Part shown: piece after piece, positions 28,876 through 40,128 of the stretch
Layout: each line of letters starts with the position of its first letter
Position numbering within the stretch: the first letter of the stretch is position 1
Source of the DNA: an uncultured bacterium
Lineage (GTDB): Bacteria; Chlamydiota; Chlamydiia; Chlamydiales; SM23-39
Length of the DNA stretch: 64,000 bases
NCBI GenBank assembly: GCA_964630875.1
Contig: CAZVXF010000005.1
Span: forward strand, 199-64,198
Direction of reading: 5' to 3'
Made by a program: the position numbers and the translations under genes
Notes under the pieces: model-generated
What the model was told of the DNA's origin: nothing
Database searches by the model: none
Seen by the model: only the letters and a program-made list of their open reading frames with translations

Positions 28876-30424
28876 CGACTCCTACAGGGCGAAGTTCTGG
28901 AGTGTCAGGAATATCCAGTTTTGCTGATTCCGCCATCACTTGATCAAACTGTTTTCCAAGAGATATTGTTGCAAATATCCAAACAACTCCAACAATTAAG
29001 AAAATTCCTGCCACATATGGAGTACTTGCTGCTACGGTCGAAAAGAGAATCAATAAGCCTTGATGGACGACAGATCCGCCCGATTTGCCCAGTCGAGAAC
29101 CTACGCCATCAATTGCAGCTTTTCCTTTCAATCGAGACTCCGCACTTAATGGAATAAAGGAAATCTCTTTGGTCGCATCAAAAATTGTATACTTGCAGGA
29201 TCTGGTTGTACAGTTATGAACAGAGCCCAGAAAAACGCTCATTACAAGCGGCGACATGCTCGCCATGAAAGGAACCCAAGCAAGCGCATTTTGATTGAAG
29301 ACCGCAAAAAAGAAGAACCCAACGCCTGCAACTAAAGTGATGACAGGGGTCACAAGTGCGCTTGCTGTCCAAGAAAATTTACGAATCACATTCCCAGTAA
29401 TGAAAACGGAAATCACAGTGGCGATAATGCCCATCCAGGACATGACTTCGCCCATATAAACATTATAATCATTTGGATTTGGATATAATTGCTTAATCTG
29501 ATTTTTCCAAACAACTTCAACCAAATTAATCCCGATATTGTAACAAAGAACGATCAGAGCAATGCAAACTAAATATTTGGATTTTGCAAGATATGCAAAA
29601 TTCTTACGCATTGACATTTTGACTTTTTCTGGCTTAGATCCGTTCGCTATTGGTTCTTCTGAAGGATGGATTACATATTTATTGAGCCACCGGAAAATGC
29701 CCATTGTAATGAGTCCAGAAACAATGATTGAACAACACAAGAAAAGAACCGATTGTTCCCAAGCATCTTTCCCATATGGAAGCCATTTCAAGAAGACGCC
29801 TCCAGAGAAATAAATCGCCATTTGCCCCGCAAAAAATCCAGCAATATTGGCTCCGACACTCCATAAGATATAGAATCTCCGCGCTTCTCCGACTTTTGTC
29901 ACCTCATTGGCAAAGCCCCAGAACAGAACCGCCATGATCGCTGTACTCCAGAGTTCGCTCATCACATAGAAAAGAGTGAACGTCCAATTACGAAACATTG
30001 CGATCAAACCCTTAAATCCTTCAGGAAGAGAGGCTTGCACTTGATCGGCAAAGGCATGCGGGTGTAGAAATTCTTGTGCTGGAAATAAAACAAAAGCAAA
30101 TAAAAAGAAGAATGAGAGGAAAAGTCCCATCATAATATAAAAAACTTTCTCTCGTGAATAGCGATTTGCGAGCCGGGTAAATAAAAAAGTTAACAATAAA
30201 GCCGCAGGGAGAATTGCCCAAACCTTGATGAATGGAATTGCCTCGGCGCCCGAATTGGAAGCAGTGACAACCATTGAATCTTTGTATGCACGAAGAGAAT
30301 TGTAATTAAATGAGATCAAAAAGTAGATGAAGAACATAGGGAGAAATTTTTTCAATTCCCAACTATGAATCGGCCAAAAGAAAGAGCGCCAACCTTTGAA
30401 CTCTGACGTAGACTCTATCTTCAT
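28865..30424 (-). CDS. Nucleotide transport protein (ATP/ADP translocase, NTT/Tlc family), copy B
   Basis: Paralogue of 27358..28875 with the same motif set. Tandem arrangement with an 11-nt overlap. Confidence 0.9.
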   Translation of the reverse strand: MKIESTSEFKGWRSFFWPIHSWELKKFLPMFFIYFLISFNYNSLRAYKDSMVVTASNSGAEAIPFIKVWAILPAALLLTFLFTRLANRYSREKVFYIMMGLFLSFFFLFAFVLFPAQEFLHPHAFADQVQASLPEGFKGLIAMFRNWTFTLFYVMSELWSTAIMAVLFWGFANEVTKVGEARRFYILWSVGANIAGFFAGQMAIYFSGGVFLKWLPYGKDAWEQSVLFLCCSIIVSGLITMGIFRWLNKYVIHPSEEPIANGSKPEKVKMSMRKNFAYLAKSKYLVCIALIVLCYNIGINLVEVVWKNQIKQLYPNPNDYNVYMGEVMSWMGIIATVISVFITGNVIRKFSWTASALVTPVITLVAGVGFFFFAVFNQNALAWVPFMASMSPLVMSVFLGSVHNCTTRSCKYTIFDATKEISFIPLSAESRLKGKAAIDGVGSRLGKSGGSVVHQGLLILFSTVAASTPYVAGIFLIVGVVWIFATISLGKQFDQVMAESAKLDIPDTPELRPVGVDGR

Positions 30425-30464
30425 AAGCCTTCTTGTTTCTTTTGTACCCTCAGCATGCCATATT

Positions 30465-31622
30465 TTAGGATTTTTTGTTAGATAATAACGCGTCTATTCC
30501 TGGTAAATGGCCAAATTCTAAAAATTCTAATGACGCCCCACCACCTGTTGACAAATGAAAAAATTGATTTGATAATCCCATTTGCTGAATGGCTCCGACA
30601 GAATCCCCTCCGCCAATGATCACTTTTGCTTTAGATTTTGCCAAATTCTCAGCAATGGCTCGAGTTCCAACATCGAATGGCTTCTTCTCTACGATCCCAA
30701 GAGGGCCATTCCAAAATATTGTCTTTGCTACATTTAATTTCTCGGACCAGGCAAGGACTGTTTGAGGACCAATATCGGACACATGCCAAGATTCTGGCAC
30801 ACCCTCTTTTGTAAGAATTGTTTTCACATCATTTTCTTTCGCAATGACCAGATCGACTGGGAGATAAATACATTTACCCGAATTTAAAATATCTTTTGCA
30901 ATCTTGATATCATCATGAGAGACGACGTAGTCTCCCATGGGAATTCCTTGCGCTTTAAAAAAAGGAATGGCCATTGCCCCTCCAATGTAAAGAGCATCTA
31001 CTTTGAGATTCTGAATGACCCCAGCCTTTGTCGATATTTTTGCACCCCCTATGATTGCATGGAAAGGATGTTGAGGATTTTCAATTAAGGGCTTCAATGC
31101 TTGAATTTCTTTTTCCATTAAAAAGCCTGCGGCTTTCTTTCCTGGGAAATAGCGCGCAATCAAAGCGGTTGATGCGTGCGCTCGATGAGCCGTACCAAAT
31201 GCATCATTGACATATACATCCCCTAAAGATGCAAGTTGCGAAACAAACTCTTGTGTGGGTATTTCTTCCTCTTGATGAAATCGGAGGTTCTCCAACATGA
31301 GGATTTCTCCTCTTTTTAGAGCATGCGCCATTTTCTCTACTTCAGGTCCGATACAATCAGGCGCTAGGAGAACAGGTTTTTTTAAGATTTCGGAAAGTCT
31401 CTTTGCAACCGACGCAAGCGAAAGTTTTGGATCTTTTCCTTTCGGTCTGCCTAAGTGACTCATCAAAATCAGTGAACCATTTTTTTGTAAAATATACTCG
31501 ATTGTTGGAAGGCTTGCTTGAATGCGTGAATCATCGGTGATTCGACCATTTTCCATAGGAACATTGTAATCAACACGAACAAGTACACGCTTTGATTCGA
31601 CTGGAAGATCAATGAGTTTCAT
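30465..31622 (-). CDS. pgk: Phosphoglycerate kinase
   Basis: Canonical PGK motifs (RVDYNVP, SHLGRPKG, GGGDS, STGGGASLEFLEG-like). Confidence 0.95.
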   Translation of the reverse strand: MKLIDLPVESKRVLVRVDYNVPMENGRITDDSRIQASLPTIEYILQKNGSLILMSHLGRPKGKDPKLSLASVAKRLSEILKKPVLLAPDCIGPEVEKMAHALKRGEILMLENLRFHQEEEIPTQEFVSQLASLGDVYVNDAFGTAHRAHASTALIARYFPGKKAAGFLMEKEIQALKPLIENPQHPFHAIIGGAKISTKAGVIQNLKVDALYIGGAMAIPFFKAQGIPMGDYVVSHDDIKIAKDILNSGKCIYLPVDLVIAKENDVKTILTKEGVPESWHVSDIGPQTVLAWSEKLNVAKTIFWNGPLGIVEKKPFDVGTRAIAENLAKSKAKVIIGGGDSVGAIQQMGLSNQFFHLSTGGGASLEFLEFGHLPGIDALLSNKKS

Positions 31623-32368
31623 AGATTTGAAAAAGGATTGGATGCGACACCAAATCCTCCGCCCTTTTTTCGATTCTTTATTTCACATCGTATCGAATAA
31701 AGGAGATCTAGATCAAAGTCTTTTTTTTCTGCCCAATAAAGATACTCAATTGGAATTTCTTCAAATTTACGTCCTTTATGTTTTCCAAGAGGCATCACTT
31801 TTAAACGAATGGGTTTAAGTAATAAATCGTGTAAAGCTTCAACCGTATCATATGGTTTGCCGAGCTGCTTAAACACTTCAATATTCACAATGACATCGCT
31901 CATCGCTCTATGAGCGCCTTCGGGCTCTATGTTGAAGTGTTGTCTGAGATGCTGTAATGAATTGACCGGGCTTTCTCCATAAATTCTCGCCATGCGAAGC
32001 GTATCAAAATAGGGCTGTTTTTCAATGGTTGTCGGTATTTGATGACGTTGCGCTTCAGCCGCAATCAATGCAATATCAAAGCCTATACCGTGACCCACAA
32101 GGATCCGACCTTCAATCATTTTTAAAAAACCTGGAAGAACTTCAGATATTTTCGGTTTCCCTTCAACCATCTCTTGATTAATTTTATGAATTTCCTGTGA
32201 TGATTCAGGGATTTGCGATTGAGGATCAATCAATGTTTCAAATCTCTGTAGAACTTCATCATATGTGAAAAGTGCCGCTGCAATTTCAATGACACGATCA
32301 TTTTTTGGATCAAGTCCTGTTGACTCACAATCTAAACAAACAAAGACTTCTTTACGCATCGGTCTCAT
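31619..32368 (-). CDS. DEDD 3'-5' exonuclease (DnaQ/epsilon-like) with a C-terminal DUF3820-like extension
   Basis: ExoI motif CLDCESTGL, ExoIII HRAMSDV, and a C-terminal KHKGRKFEEIPIEYLYW segment. Confidence 0.8.
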   Translation of the reverse strand: MRPMRKEVFVCLDCESTGLDPKNDRVIEIAAALFTYDEVLQRFETLIDPQSQIPESSQEIHKINQEMVEGKPKISEVLPGFLKMIEGRILVGHGIGFDIALIAAEAQRHQIPTTIEKQPYFDTLRMARIYGESPVNSLQHLRQHFNIEPEGAHRAMSDVIVNIEVFKQLGKPYDTVEALHDLLLKPIRLKVMPLGKHKGRKFEEIPIEYLYWAEKKDFDLDLLYSIRCEIKNRKKGGGFGVASNPFSNL

Positions 32369-32778
32369 GAAATGATGACTTCCCTACTTTTCCCAAGGTA
32401 AGAAAAAGTAATATATTGAGTATGTTCCGGTAACAATGAATCGATTCTCTCAGGCCACTCAATCACACATATATTCGTTGGCATGAAATACTCATCAAAA
32501 CCAAGGCCAATAAAATCATCCTTCCCTTTCAAACGATATAAATCAAAATGAAAAAGAGGAAATTTCCCGATGTATGCATTCATGTAGACGAATGTAGGAC
32601 TTTGAATCGGGTCAAAAATCCCTAAACCCTGAGCAAGTCCTTGCACAAATGTGGTTTTCCCCGCTCCCAAATCCCCAGAAAGGGCCAAAATGGTCCCGGG
32701 GGTCATCTGCGAACCCAGCTTTTTTCCATACGCAACCATCTCTTCCTCAGAAGAAATGATTATTCTGTCTCTATCCAT
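32365..32778 (-). CDS. tsaE: tRNA t6A biosynthesis ATPase TsaE (YjeE)
   Basis: P-loop GDLGAGKTTF and SPTF motif. 137 aa. Confidence 0.85.
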   Translation of the reverse strand: MDRDRIIISSEEEMVAYGKKLGSQMTPGTILALSGDLGAGKTTFVQGLAQGLGIFDPIQSPTFVYMNAYIGKFPLFHFDLYRLKGKDDFIGLGFDEYFMPTNICVIEWPERIDSLLPEHTQYITFSYLGKSREVIIS

Positions 32779-33485
32779 TTCTTTAAATAAGAGTCGAATT
32801 CTGGATAGGCGGCTAATGCCTCAACAAACTTAGAGATCTTCTCTTCCGAAAGATGTTTTTGGATAAATCCAAGGAATTTCTCATCAATCTCGTAGCGATT
32901 TTGATTTTGAACTTCGTATAATGAAAGAGGCTTCACGTAATTTTTCTTAAACGATTCTATGACCGAAGCTTTGCTATTAAACAATTTTCCAGTAATCGCC
33001 GAGGAGTAAACGACTTTCTTTGCAGTCGCCTTTCGTGGTGTAATATAATTTTTAATGACTTCAGGGTCTTCTGATACGAAAAATCTTTTTGCAGGCAAGC
33101 CACCTACGCGCTCTTTATTCTCTGGGCATTTAGAGACCCAATCGTAAATCGCATCTTGCGGATTTGGACAGGTGTTGTCGCCATAAACTTTTCCTGTGAA
33201 GGGACAGATATAAATTTTCTTTGTCTCTTCATTGACGTTTTGCTGACCAAACTGGATCGTAATTTCTGTCTCTCTCCACAACTTCCCTTCTTCCTCGAGT
33301 TTTTGAACAAGATCTTCTACGCTCTGAAAAACAATCTTATCGCGCGGAAAGAGAACTGGTTTTAACTTAAATTTTTCTTGCAGGTAATGCAGGTAAATCA
33401 TCACGAGATCAGCAGTGCGATTTTTTTTCAAAAATTTAAGGAGCTCTTCTTTTTGATCGGAAGAAATGGAAATAGTAGTTGTCAT
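32760..33485 (-). CDS. Conserved hypothetical protein
   Basis: 241-aa ORF heading the tsaE-exonuclease-pgk operon. It contains the Cys cluster CPFTGKVYGDNTCPNP...CPEN. Family not recognised. Confidence 0.5.
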   Translation of the reverse strand: MTTTISISSDQKEELLKFLKKNRTADLVMIYLHYLQEKFKLKPVLFPRDKIVFQSVEDLVQKLEEEGKLWRETEITIQFGQQNVNEETKKIYICPFTGKVYGDNTCPNPQDAIYDWVSKCPENKERVGGLPAKRFFVSEDPEVIKNYITPRKATAKKVVYSSAITGKLFNSKASVIESFKKNYVKPLSLYEVQNQNRYEIDEKFLGFIQKHLSEEKISKFVEALAAYPEFDSYLKKWIETE

Positions 33486-33625
33486 AAATTCTCTTATTTA
33501 GCTGACGTAGGATATCAGAAAAATAGAATTCTATTCAAGAAGGATTTGATCCTTTCCGGAATTGCAAAACATGAGAAGCATTGAATTCGTGTTCCAAATG
33601 TGATATGCTTTGTTCTTTAAATTAG

Positions 33626-34669
33626 GTGCTTATGGACTATCCCCCTCGTGAATCGCTCATTGCTTCTGCCATTCGAGCCTTTCTAAAAATGTTTTTTGGC
33701 TTAATGGGAATTCTCATTGCTTTTTTTGTTTTTGCAATGCTGTATTCCAGCGTTACTATTTCTACACCAATCACGATTGAGGAGAAAACAACTCTCAATA
33801 TTCTCAATGACGCAGAAGGGAGAAGAGAGGTCCTGCCAAGTACGACTCCTGCAATTTTGGAAATTAATCTGCACGGGAAAATTGGAGATGCAAGAGGAAC
33901 TGATGCGCAGATTTTTAGAAATATTTTAAACGATTCAAGAACAGGTCACTTAGCGGGCAATCGAGTGAAAGGGATCTTGCTCAATTTCAACACACCTGGT
34001 GGCACTGTCGTTGATTCTGAAGCAATTTATGAGATGATTAACGAGTATAAAGCGCGTTACAATGTCCCGGTCTATGCGTTCGTTGAAGGACTTTGCGCGT
34101 CCGGTGGAATGTACATAGCAGCGTCAAGTGACAAGATCTTTGCAGGTCCATCTAGCATCATTGGATCGATTGGTGTTGTTATTGGACCTTTTTTCAACGT
34201 GTATGAAACCATGGAAAAATGGGGTGTCCATGCGAAAACAATTACTGAAGGCCTTGATAAAGACACATTAAACCCAACACGTCCATGGAGAGAAGGAGAA
34301 GGAGCATCGATTCAAGCTGTGACTGCATTTATGTATCATCGATTTGTCGATATTGTGACTAAAGCGCGGCCAAGACTTGATAAGGCAAAGCTCATTGAAG
34401 ATTATGGCGCTCATGTATTTGATTGCGTCACTGCTGAAAAACTGGGCTTTATCGATGTTGCCATGAGCTCGCGCAATGAAGCATTACGAGAGCTATTGAT
34501 TGCGTCAAAAATTGACAGCACAAAATCGTATCAAGTGGTCAGCCTGTCACCGAAAAATGCATGGATCTCAGAATTTGTTTCGAGCGAATCCCCTCTCTTT
34601 TCCGGTAAAATCAAACATACTTTAGAGACAGATAAGATTCGAGAGCAACCATGTTTTCTGTATGAATAA
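33626..34669 (+). CDS. sppA: Signal peptide peptidase SppA (36K type, S49 family)
   Basis: N-terminal TM segment and S49 motifs (GLCASGGMYIA, GSIGV). Confidence 0.8.
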   Translation: MLMDYPPRESLIASAIRAFLKMFFGLMGILIAFFVFAMLYSSVTISTPITIEEKTTLNILNDAEGRREVLPSTTPAILEINLHGKIGDARGTDAQIFRNILNDSRTGHLAGNRVKGILLNFNTPGGTVVDSEAIYEMINEYKARYNVPVYAFVEGLCASGGMYIAASSDKIFAGPSSIIGSIGVVIGPFFNVYETMEKWGVHAKTITEGLDKDTLNPTRPWREGEGASIQAVTAFMYHRFVDIVTKARPRLDKAKLIEDYGAHVFDCVTAEKLGFIDVAMSSRNEALRELLIASKIDSTKSYQVVSLSPKNAWISEFVSSESPLFSGKIKHTLETDKIREQPCFLYE

Positions 34670-37268
34670 ACTCTATATCGTCGACGCTGTCAACTACCTG
34701 TTTCGTTCGTATTACGCAATCAGTCCAATGACGAACGCATCAGGTGGCTCGACAAGCGCGCTCTATGGATTTATTCGATCCTTACAAAAATTAATCAGGC
34801 AAGTGAAACCAGAACATCTTGTTTGCGTTTTCGATGGTCCTGATAACAAGCAATCTCGTCAAAGTATTTACGCAGAATACAAAGGCCATCGAAAAGAAGG
34901 CCCCGCTGATCTTTACCCACAAATTGAATGGGCATATGAATATTGTGCGCTCGCTGGCATTCCCCTTTTATGCGTGAAGGGCGTTGAAGCAGATGATGTA
35001 ATGGCAGCCGTTGCTTTGTGGACAAAAAAACAAGGAGCGACCAGTTTTCTTTGCACAAGTGACAAAGATATGGCGCAACTCGTCGACGATCACATTTTTA
35101 TGCTGTTGCCGCAAAAAGAGTATCAACTTGTCGATGCTGCTAAAGTGTTCGAAATTTATGGCGTCCGGCCTGATCAGATTCTCGATTATTTAGCCATCAT
35201 GGGAGACTCTTCTGACAATATTCCTGGAATTCCTGGATTTGGTCCGAAAACAGCTTCCTCTTTACTTGCCGAATTCGGCACTCTAGATGAGCTTCTTGCA
35301 AATCCCGAAAAAGTAAAGGGCGAAAAAAAACAGCAGCTTTTAAGAGAACATAAAGAGATCGCTTTAATGAGTCGTCGCCTTGCGACACTTCACATCGATG
35401 TAGAAATTCCACAAAATGAAACTTTCTACACGATCAAGGCACCAGACAACCATTGTCTTTCAGAATTTTATCATCGCATGCAGTTTTCCTCTCTTCTTCG
35501 TGAAATTGAAGAGGTAAAGATTGAAATTCCAGCAATTGCAAACCAATACGCACGCATTGATCGAGCAGATCAACTCCAGACACTGTTGCATCGATTCGCA
35601 ATTCAAACAGAAGTTGCCATCCATGTGGAGCCTGTTGGAATCGCTTTTGCAATCGAACCTCATGTTGCTTGGTATGTTCCCGATACTCTGTTTGAACAGC
35701 TCATTCCTTTTTTTGCAAATTGCAAATGTGCTTTTTATGGCCATGATGTAAAAAAAGATCAACACGTGCTGGATCGCCTTGGAATCACGCTGTCGAAAAT
35801 CAGCTTTGATACAATGCTCGCATCCTATCTTTTAGAGCCTCAAGCAAGAAGGCATAGCCTTGATGATTTAGTGCTGGATCAATTTAAAGTCGTAAAACTC
35901 TCAATTGAGACCCTTTTAGGAAAAGGCAAAAATAAGATCTCTCTGCGAGATGTCCCTCTAGAGCAATTACAGCAGTGTGCATGCGAATCGGCAGACTATA
36001 TTGTTCGATTAAAACGCTTATTTGAAAAGGAACTAAAGAATAGAGGGTTAGATACAGTTTTCAATGATCTTGAATTGCCCCTTCTTCCAGTATTAGCGAA
36101 AATGGAAAACACAGGGATTTACTTAGATACAGATTGTCTGCAAAAAATAGGTCATACACTGTTGCAAGAGCTGCAAACTGTTGAAAAAAAAATATATGAT
36201 GAAGTGGGAACTCCATTCAATCTCAATTCTCCCAAACAACTCAGTGACATATTATTTATTAATCTTGGATTGAAAAAACCTCTTACCGCAAAGACCGCTT
36301 ACGCTACAGGAGCAGATGTTTTAGAAACACTGGCTGCTGAAAATCCAATTGCGAATGATATTCTTCAATATCGAGGCCTTGAAAAATTAAGAACAACCTA
36401 TATTGAAGCGCTTCCCACATCGGTCGATCATGAAACAAAACGAATTCACTGCACGTTCAATCAAAGCGGGACTGCAACAGGTCGTCTTTCTTGCCAAGAT
36501 CCAAATCTACAAAATATCCCAACACGGACAAAGCAAGGGAATTCCATCCGCTCTTGTTTTAAACCAGAATTTGAAGGCTGGAGCTACATCGGAAGCGACT
36601 ATTCGCAAATTGAGCTAAGATTACTGGCTCACTTTAGTGAAGATCCCGATCTCATTAAAGCATTTCGAGATCAAGAGGATATTCACCAACACACGGCTTC
36701 TCGCATTTTCAACTTGCCCATCACTATGATCACTCCAGACATGAGAAATGCAGCAAAAACAGTGAATTTTGGGATCATCTATGGACAAGGTCCTTTTGGA
36801 TTATCGCAGCAACTCGGAATCTCTACAAAAGAGGCGGCGGACTTTATCAAAAAATACTTTGAGCGCTATCCCCGAATTTTAGACTTTTTAGAAACTTGCA
36901 AGAAAATCGCACGAGAAAAAGGGTTTTCTACAACCCTTACTGGAAGACAACGTCCGATTCCCGAATTAAGCAATAAAAATCAAATGATTCGTTCTGCAGC
37001 AGAAAGATTAGCAGTGAATACGCCTTTACAAGGAACCGCTGCAGACCTCATCAAGCTTGCCATGATTGCCATTGATCGCGAGATTCAAACAAAGAATTTA
37101 CAAGGGAAAATGATTCTACAAATTCACGATGAATTGATTTTTGAAGTTCCCGACCATGAAATAAATATCTTTAAAGAATTCATCAAACGTAAAATGGAAC
37201 ACATTTTCAAGCTACGAGTGCCGATTTTAGTAAATATCTCTGTTGGCAAAAATTGGGCAGAATGTTAA
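34662..37268 (+). CDS. polA: DNA polymerase I
   Basis: 5' nuclease domain (GDSSDNIPGIPGFGPKTA) and polymerase motifs A (DYSQIELR), B (RNAAKTVNFGIIYG) and C (QIHDEL). Confidence 0.95.
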   Translation: MNKLYIVDAVNYLFRSYYAISPMTNASGGSTSALYGFIRSLQKLIRQVKPEHLVCVFDGPDNKQSRQSIYAEYKGHRKEGPADLYPQIEWAYEYCALAGIPLLCVKGVEADDVMAAVALWTKKQGATSFLCTSDKDMAQLVDDHIFMLLPQKEYQLVDAAKVFEIYGVRPDQILDYLAIMGDSSDNIPGIPGFGPKTASSLLAEFGTLDELLANPEKVKGEKKQQLLREHKEIALMSRRLATLHIDVEIPQNETFYTIKAPDNHCLSEFYHRMQFSSLLREIEEVKIEIPAIANQYARIDRADQLQTLLHRFAIQTEVAIHVEPVGIAFAIEPHVAWYVPDTLFEQLIPFFANCKCAFYGHDVKKDQHVLDRLGITLSKISFDTMLASYLLEPQARRHSLDDLVLDQFKVVKLSIETLLGKGKNKISLRDVPLEQLQQCACESADYIVRLKRLFEKELKNRGLDTVFNDLELPLLPVLAKMENTGIYLDTDCLQKIGHTLLQELQTVEKKIYDEVGTPFNLNSPKQLSDILFINLGLKKPLTAKTAYATGADVLETLAAENPIANDILQYRGLEKLRTTYIEALPTSVDHETKRIHCTFNQSGTATGRLSCQDPNLQNIPTRTKQGNSIRSCFKPEFEGWSYIGSDYSQIELRLLAHFSEDPDLIKAFRDQEDIHQHTASRIFNLPITMITPDMRNAAKTVNFGIIYGQGPFGLSQQLGISTKEAADFIKKYFERYPRILDFLETCKKIAREKGFSTTLTGRQRPIPELSNKNQMIRSAAERLAVNTPLQGTAADLIKLAMIAIDREIQTKNLQGKMILQIHDELIFEVPDHEINIFKEFIKRKMEHIFKLRVPILVNISVGKNWAEC

Positions 37269-37870
37269 ATTCGTACTTACTAAAAATTGCTATTACAGGC
37301 GGGATCGCAAGCGGGAAAAGTTCCGTTTGCCAAATTTTCAAAAAACTGGGAGCTTATGTAGTCAATGCTGACGCAATTGTCCATGAGCAACTTCTGCCTA
37401 GCACAGATCTTGGAAAGAAAATTTGTCAACTTTTAGGAATCACAAGTTCCATAAGCGATGCAGATTTTCGGAAGATCATTGCTGAAATTGTATTTAAGGA
37501 CTCTGAATTACTGAATCGGCTTGAAAAGATTCTTCATCCGGTAGTGCTTAAGAAAATAGAAAAGCTCTACAATAGTGTCTTGAAAACAGGAACTTATACT
37601 TTCTTTGTTGTTGAAATTCCCCTTCTTTTCGAGATTCAGAATGAAGACTCTTACGATGTAGTAATGACAGTTTTAGCTGATGAGAAAATAGCAAAAAAGA
37701 GATTTGGTGAGCAGTACGATGCTCGTATGAAACGACAATTGAACCCAGAACTAAAAGCCGAAAAATCGCATTTCGTCATTCACAATAATGGAACTCTCGA
37801 AGAGTTAGAAAAACAAGTCATTCAAATCAATCAAACCCTTAGGAATTATGAATCAAGATCAACAGACTGA
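37253..37870 (+). CDS. coaE: Dephospho-CoA kinase
   Basis: P-loop [11 protein letters not shown], about 200 aa, in the conserved polA-coaE context. Confidence 0.85.
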   Translation: MGRMLNSYLLKIAITGGIASGKSSVCQIFKKLGAYVVNADAIVHEQLLPSTDLGKKICQLLGITSSISDADFRKIIAEIVFKDSELLNRLEKILHPVVLKKIEKLYNSVLKTGTYTFFVVEIPLLFEIQNEDSYDVVMTVLADEKIAKKRFGEQYDARMKRQLNPELKAEKSHFVIHNNGTLEELEKQVIQINQTLRNYESRSTD

Positions 37871-39158
37871 TGTGAGCACACCACAAGATATCCCTTTTGA
37901 AGCCGTAACAAAAGTGGCAGATCTTCAAAGAATGAATATTGCTCAACTCCAATCTTATGCAAGAAATATTGGATTACGTCACACAGGCTCATTAACAAAA
38001 TCAGGTGTTGTTTTTGAAATCGTAAAAACAATCTCCGAACGCCCAAATGAAATGCTTTATGGAGAAGGGGTTTTAGAAATTCTTCCAGATGGATTTGGGT
38101 TTCTACGCTCTCCGAACTACAACTTTTTACCGTCAGCCGAAGATATTTATGTCTCGCCGGCTCAAATCCGTAAATTCGATCTTCGTAGAGGCGATACACT
38201 TGTGGGAGCGATCCGCGCCCCAAAAGATAAAGAAAAATATTTTGCCCTTCTCAAAGTCGATCGTATCAACGGCAAAACATTTGACGAAACGCGCGATCGT
38301 CTTCTCTTTGAAAACTTAACGCCGACCTATCCAAATAAGCGTCTTGTCATGGAGACAACAAAAGAGAAACTCTCTACAAGAATCATCGATTTAGCAGCCC
38401 CAATTGGGAAAGGTCAACGCGCTCTGATCGTAGCTCCTCCAAAATCAGGAAAAACGATTCTCATGCAAAACATTGCGAATGCGATCGAAACAAACAGCCC
38501 TGAAGTGACTCTCCTCGTTCTACTGATCGATGAGCGACCAGAAGAGGTCACTGACATGATTCGTACAGTCAAAGGCGAAGTCATCGCATCTACGTTTGAT
38601 GAACCTCCGGAAAGACACGTGCAGATTGCAGATATGGTGATTGACAAAGCCAGACGCCTTGTAGAATGCGGAAATGATGTTGTCATTCTTCTCGATAACA
38701 TCACTCGCCTGGCTCGTGCCTACAATACTGTACAGCCTCATTCAGGGAAAATCTTGAGTGGTGGTGTGGATGCAAACGCACTTCATAAGCCAAAGAGATT
38801 CTTTGGTGCAGCGCGGAATGTTGAGCAAGGAGGATCGCTCACAATCATCGCAACAGCCCTCATTGATACTGGTTCTCGTATGGACGAGGTGATCTTTGAA
38901 GAGTTCAAAGGAACAGGGAACATGGAACTTGTTCTCGATCGTCGCTTAGCGGATCGCAGAATTTGGCCAGCAATAGACATCATTAAGAGCGGAACTCGAA
39001 AAGAAGAGCTTCTCTTTCACCCAGCAGAACTTGAAAAGATCTATCTTCTCCGCCAAGGCGTCGCAGATCTGACTCCAGTTGACGCAATGAATCTCCTTAC
39101 AGGCAGATTGAAAAAAACTTCTACGAATGCCGAATTCCTTCTCTCAATGAAGGACTAA
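37848..39158 (+). CDS. rho: Transcription termination factor Rho
   Basis: RNA-binding domain (GFGFLR), Walker A PPKSGKT and ITRLARAYN motif. Confidence 0.95.
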   Translation: MNQDQQTDVSTPQDIPFEAVTKVADLQRMNIAQLQSYARNIGLRHTGSLTKSGVVFEIVKTISERPNEMLYGEGVLEILPDGFGFLRSPNYNFLPSAEDIYVSPAQIRKFDLRRGDTLVGAIRAPKDKEKYFALLKVDRINGKTFDETRDRLLFENLTPTYPNKRLVMETTKEKLSTRIIDLAAPIGKGQRALIVAPPKSGKTILMQNIANAIETNSPEVTLLVLLIDERPEEVTDMIRTVKGEVIASTFDEPPERHVQIADMVIDKARRLVECGNDVVILLDNITRLARAYNTVQPHSGKILSGGVDANALHKPKRFFGAARNVEQGGSLTIIATALIDTGSRMDEVIFEEFKGTGNMELVLDRRLADRRIWPAIDIIKSGTRKEELLFHPAELEKIYLLRQGVADLTPVDAMNLLTGRLKKTSTNAEFLLSMKD

Positions 39159-39291
39159 AACCGTGAATGATTCAAGAATTGGGAAATGATTTTCTAAGGA
39201 GATCCGACGAGGTCAGAACCGATTCTTGAATTTGTTTGGGTATATAATCCATTGCAGAAAATAGTCTCATCATGTAAAAAGATTTTTAGAT

Positions 39292-40128
39292 ATGAGACGT
39301 CTTCTTCTGATTTCTGTTTTTTTTATTTTCTGTACGGGTGCCTATCTTTCCTCAAACCGTGTGCCGCAGATTCGTTCAAAAATTGAAGAATTGCTTAGCG
39401 GAACAACTTTTCAAACTCTTGAAGTGAGATATAGCGCTGAAAGCATTATGGAAGCGCACCGGAAAGATCTCCTCAAAGATAGTGATCATGTGTTCGTTGA
39501 GCCGACTTTGAAATTTATTCCTTATCTCTTGATGGATGTTAAATATACAAGAAGTCAGGAAAAAACGGGTGAAGGCGCGATTCTTTGGGGTCTTGTCGAT
39601 GGCGAAATGGTCATTAATACGAGCACTTGGGAAAAAACACACGGTTTTACCGATTGCATCACCTCAAACGCAACAAGACAAGAGTTTAAGATCATCAACG
39701 CCCTTGCTTCGCGTGGCGGAACTTGGGATCGTGAAGGACTTTCAAAATTTTTGAATCTTGAAAATCATATCTTGGATACTTGGGTTGAAAGTTGCAGAAA
39801 AAAAAGTCTCATTGTTCAAACAGGAAATTCCTATCGACTCCATTTGCAAAATCCAAGGCTACAGGTGATTCCAGAAACAAGGTTTGAACATTGGCTCGTC
39901 ACAAAGCCATCAAAACATGCGCAACGCATCAAACGACGTTATCGCCCAGCTCAAATTGAAGTGACAGCAAGAGCTGCTTTTGGAAATGATTTTGCAATCC
40001 GAAAAACAACAGAAATTTTTCTTCCAGTTTATAGCATTGTGGTTCAAAATCCAGATGGATCACAAATGACCTCTTATTGGAATGCATTAAATGGTAAAAG
40101 ATTCGTCCCACCATACGACTTCGAATAA
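39292..40128 (+). CDS. Hypothetical protein with an N-terminal signal/anchor
   Basis: Hydrophobic N-terminus MRRLLLISVFFIFCTGAYL. No recognised domain. Confidence 0.5.
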   Translation: MRRLLLISVFFIFCTGAYLSSNRVPQIRSKIEELLSGTTFQTLEVRYSAESIMEAHRKDLLKDSDHVFVEPTLKFIPYLLMDVKYTRSQEKTGEGAILWGLVDGEMVINTSTWEKTHGFTDCITSNATRQEFKIINALASRGGTWDREGLSKFLNLENHILDTWVESCRKKSLIVQTGNSYRLHLQNPRLQVIPETRFEHWLVTKPSKHAQRIKRRYRPAQIEVTARAAFGNDFAIRKTTEIFLPVYSIVVQNPDGSQMTSYWNALNGKRFVPPYDFE

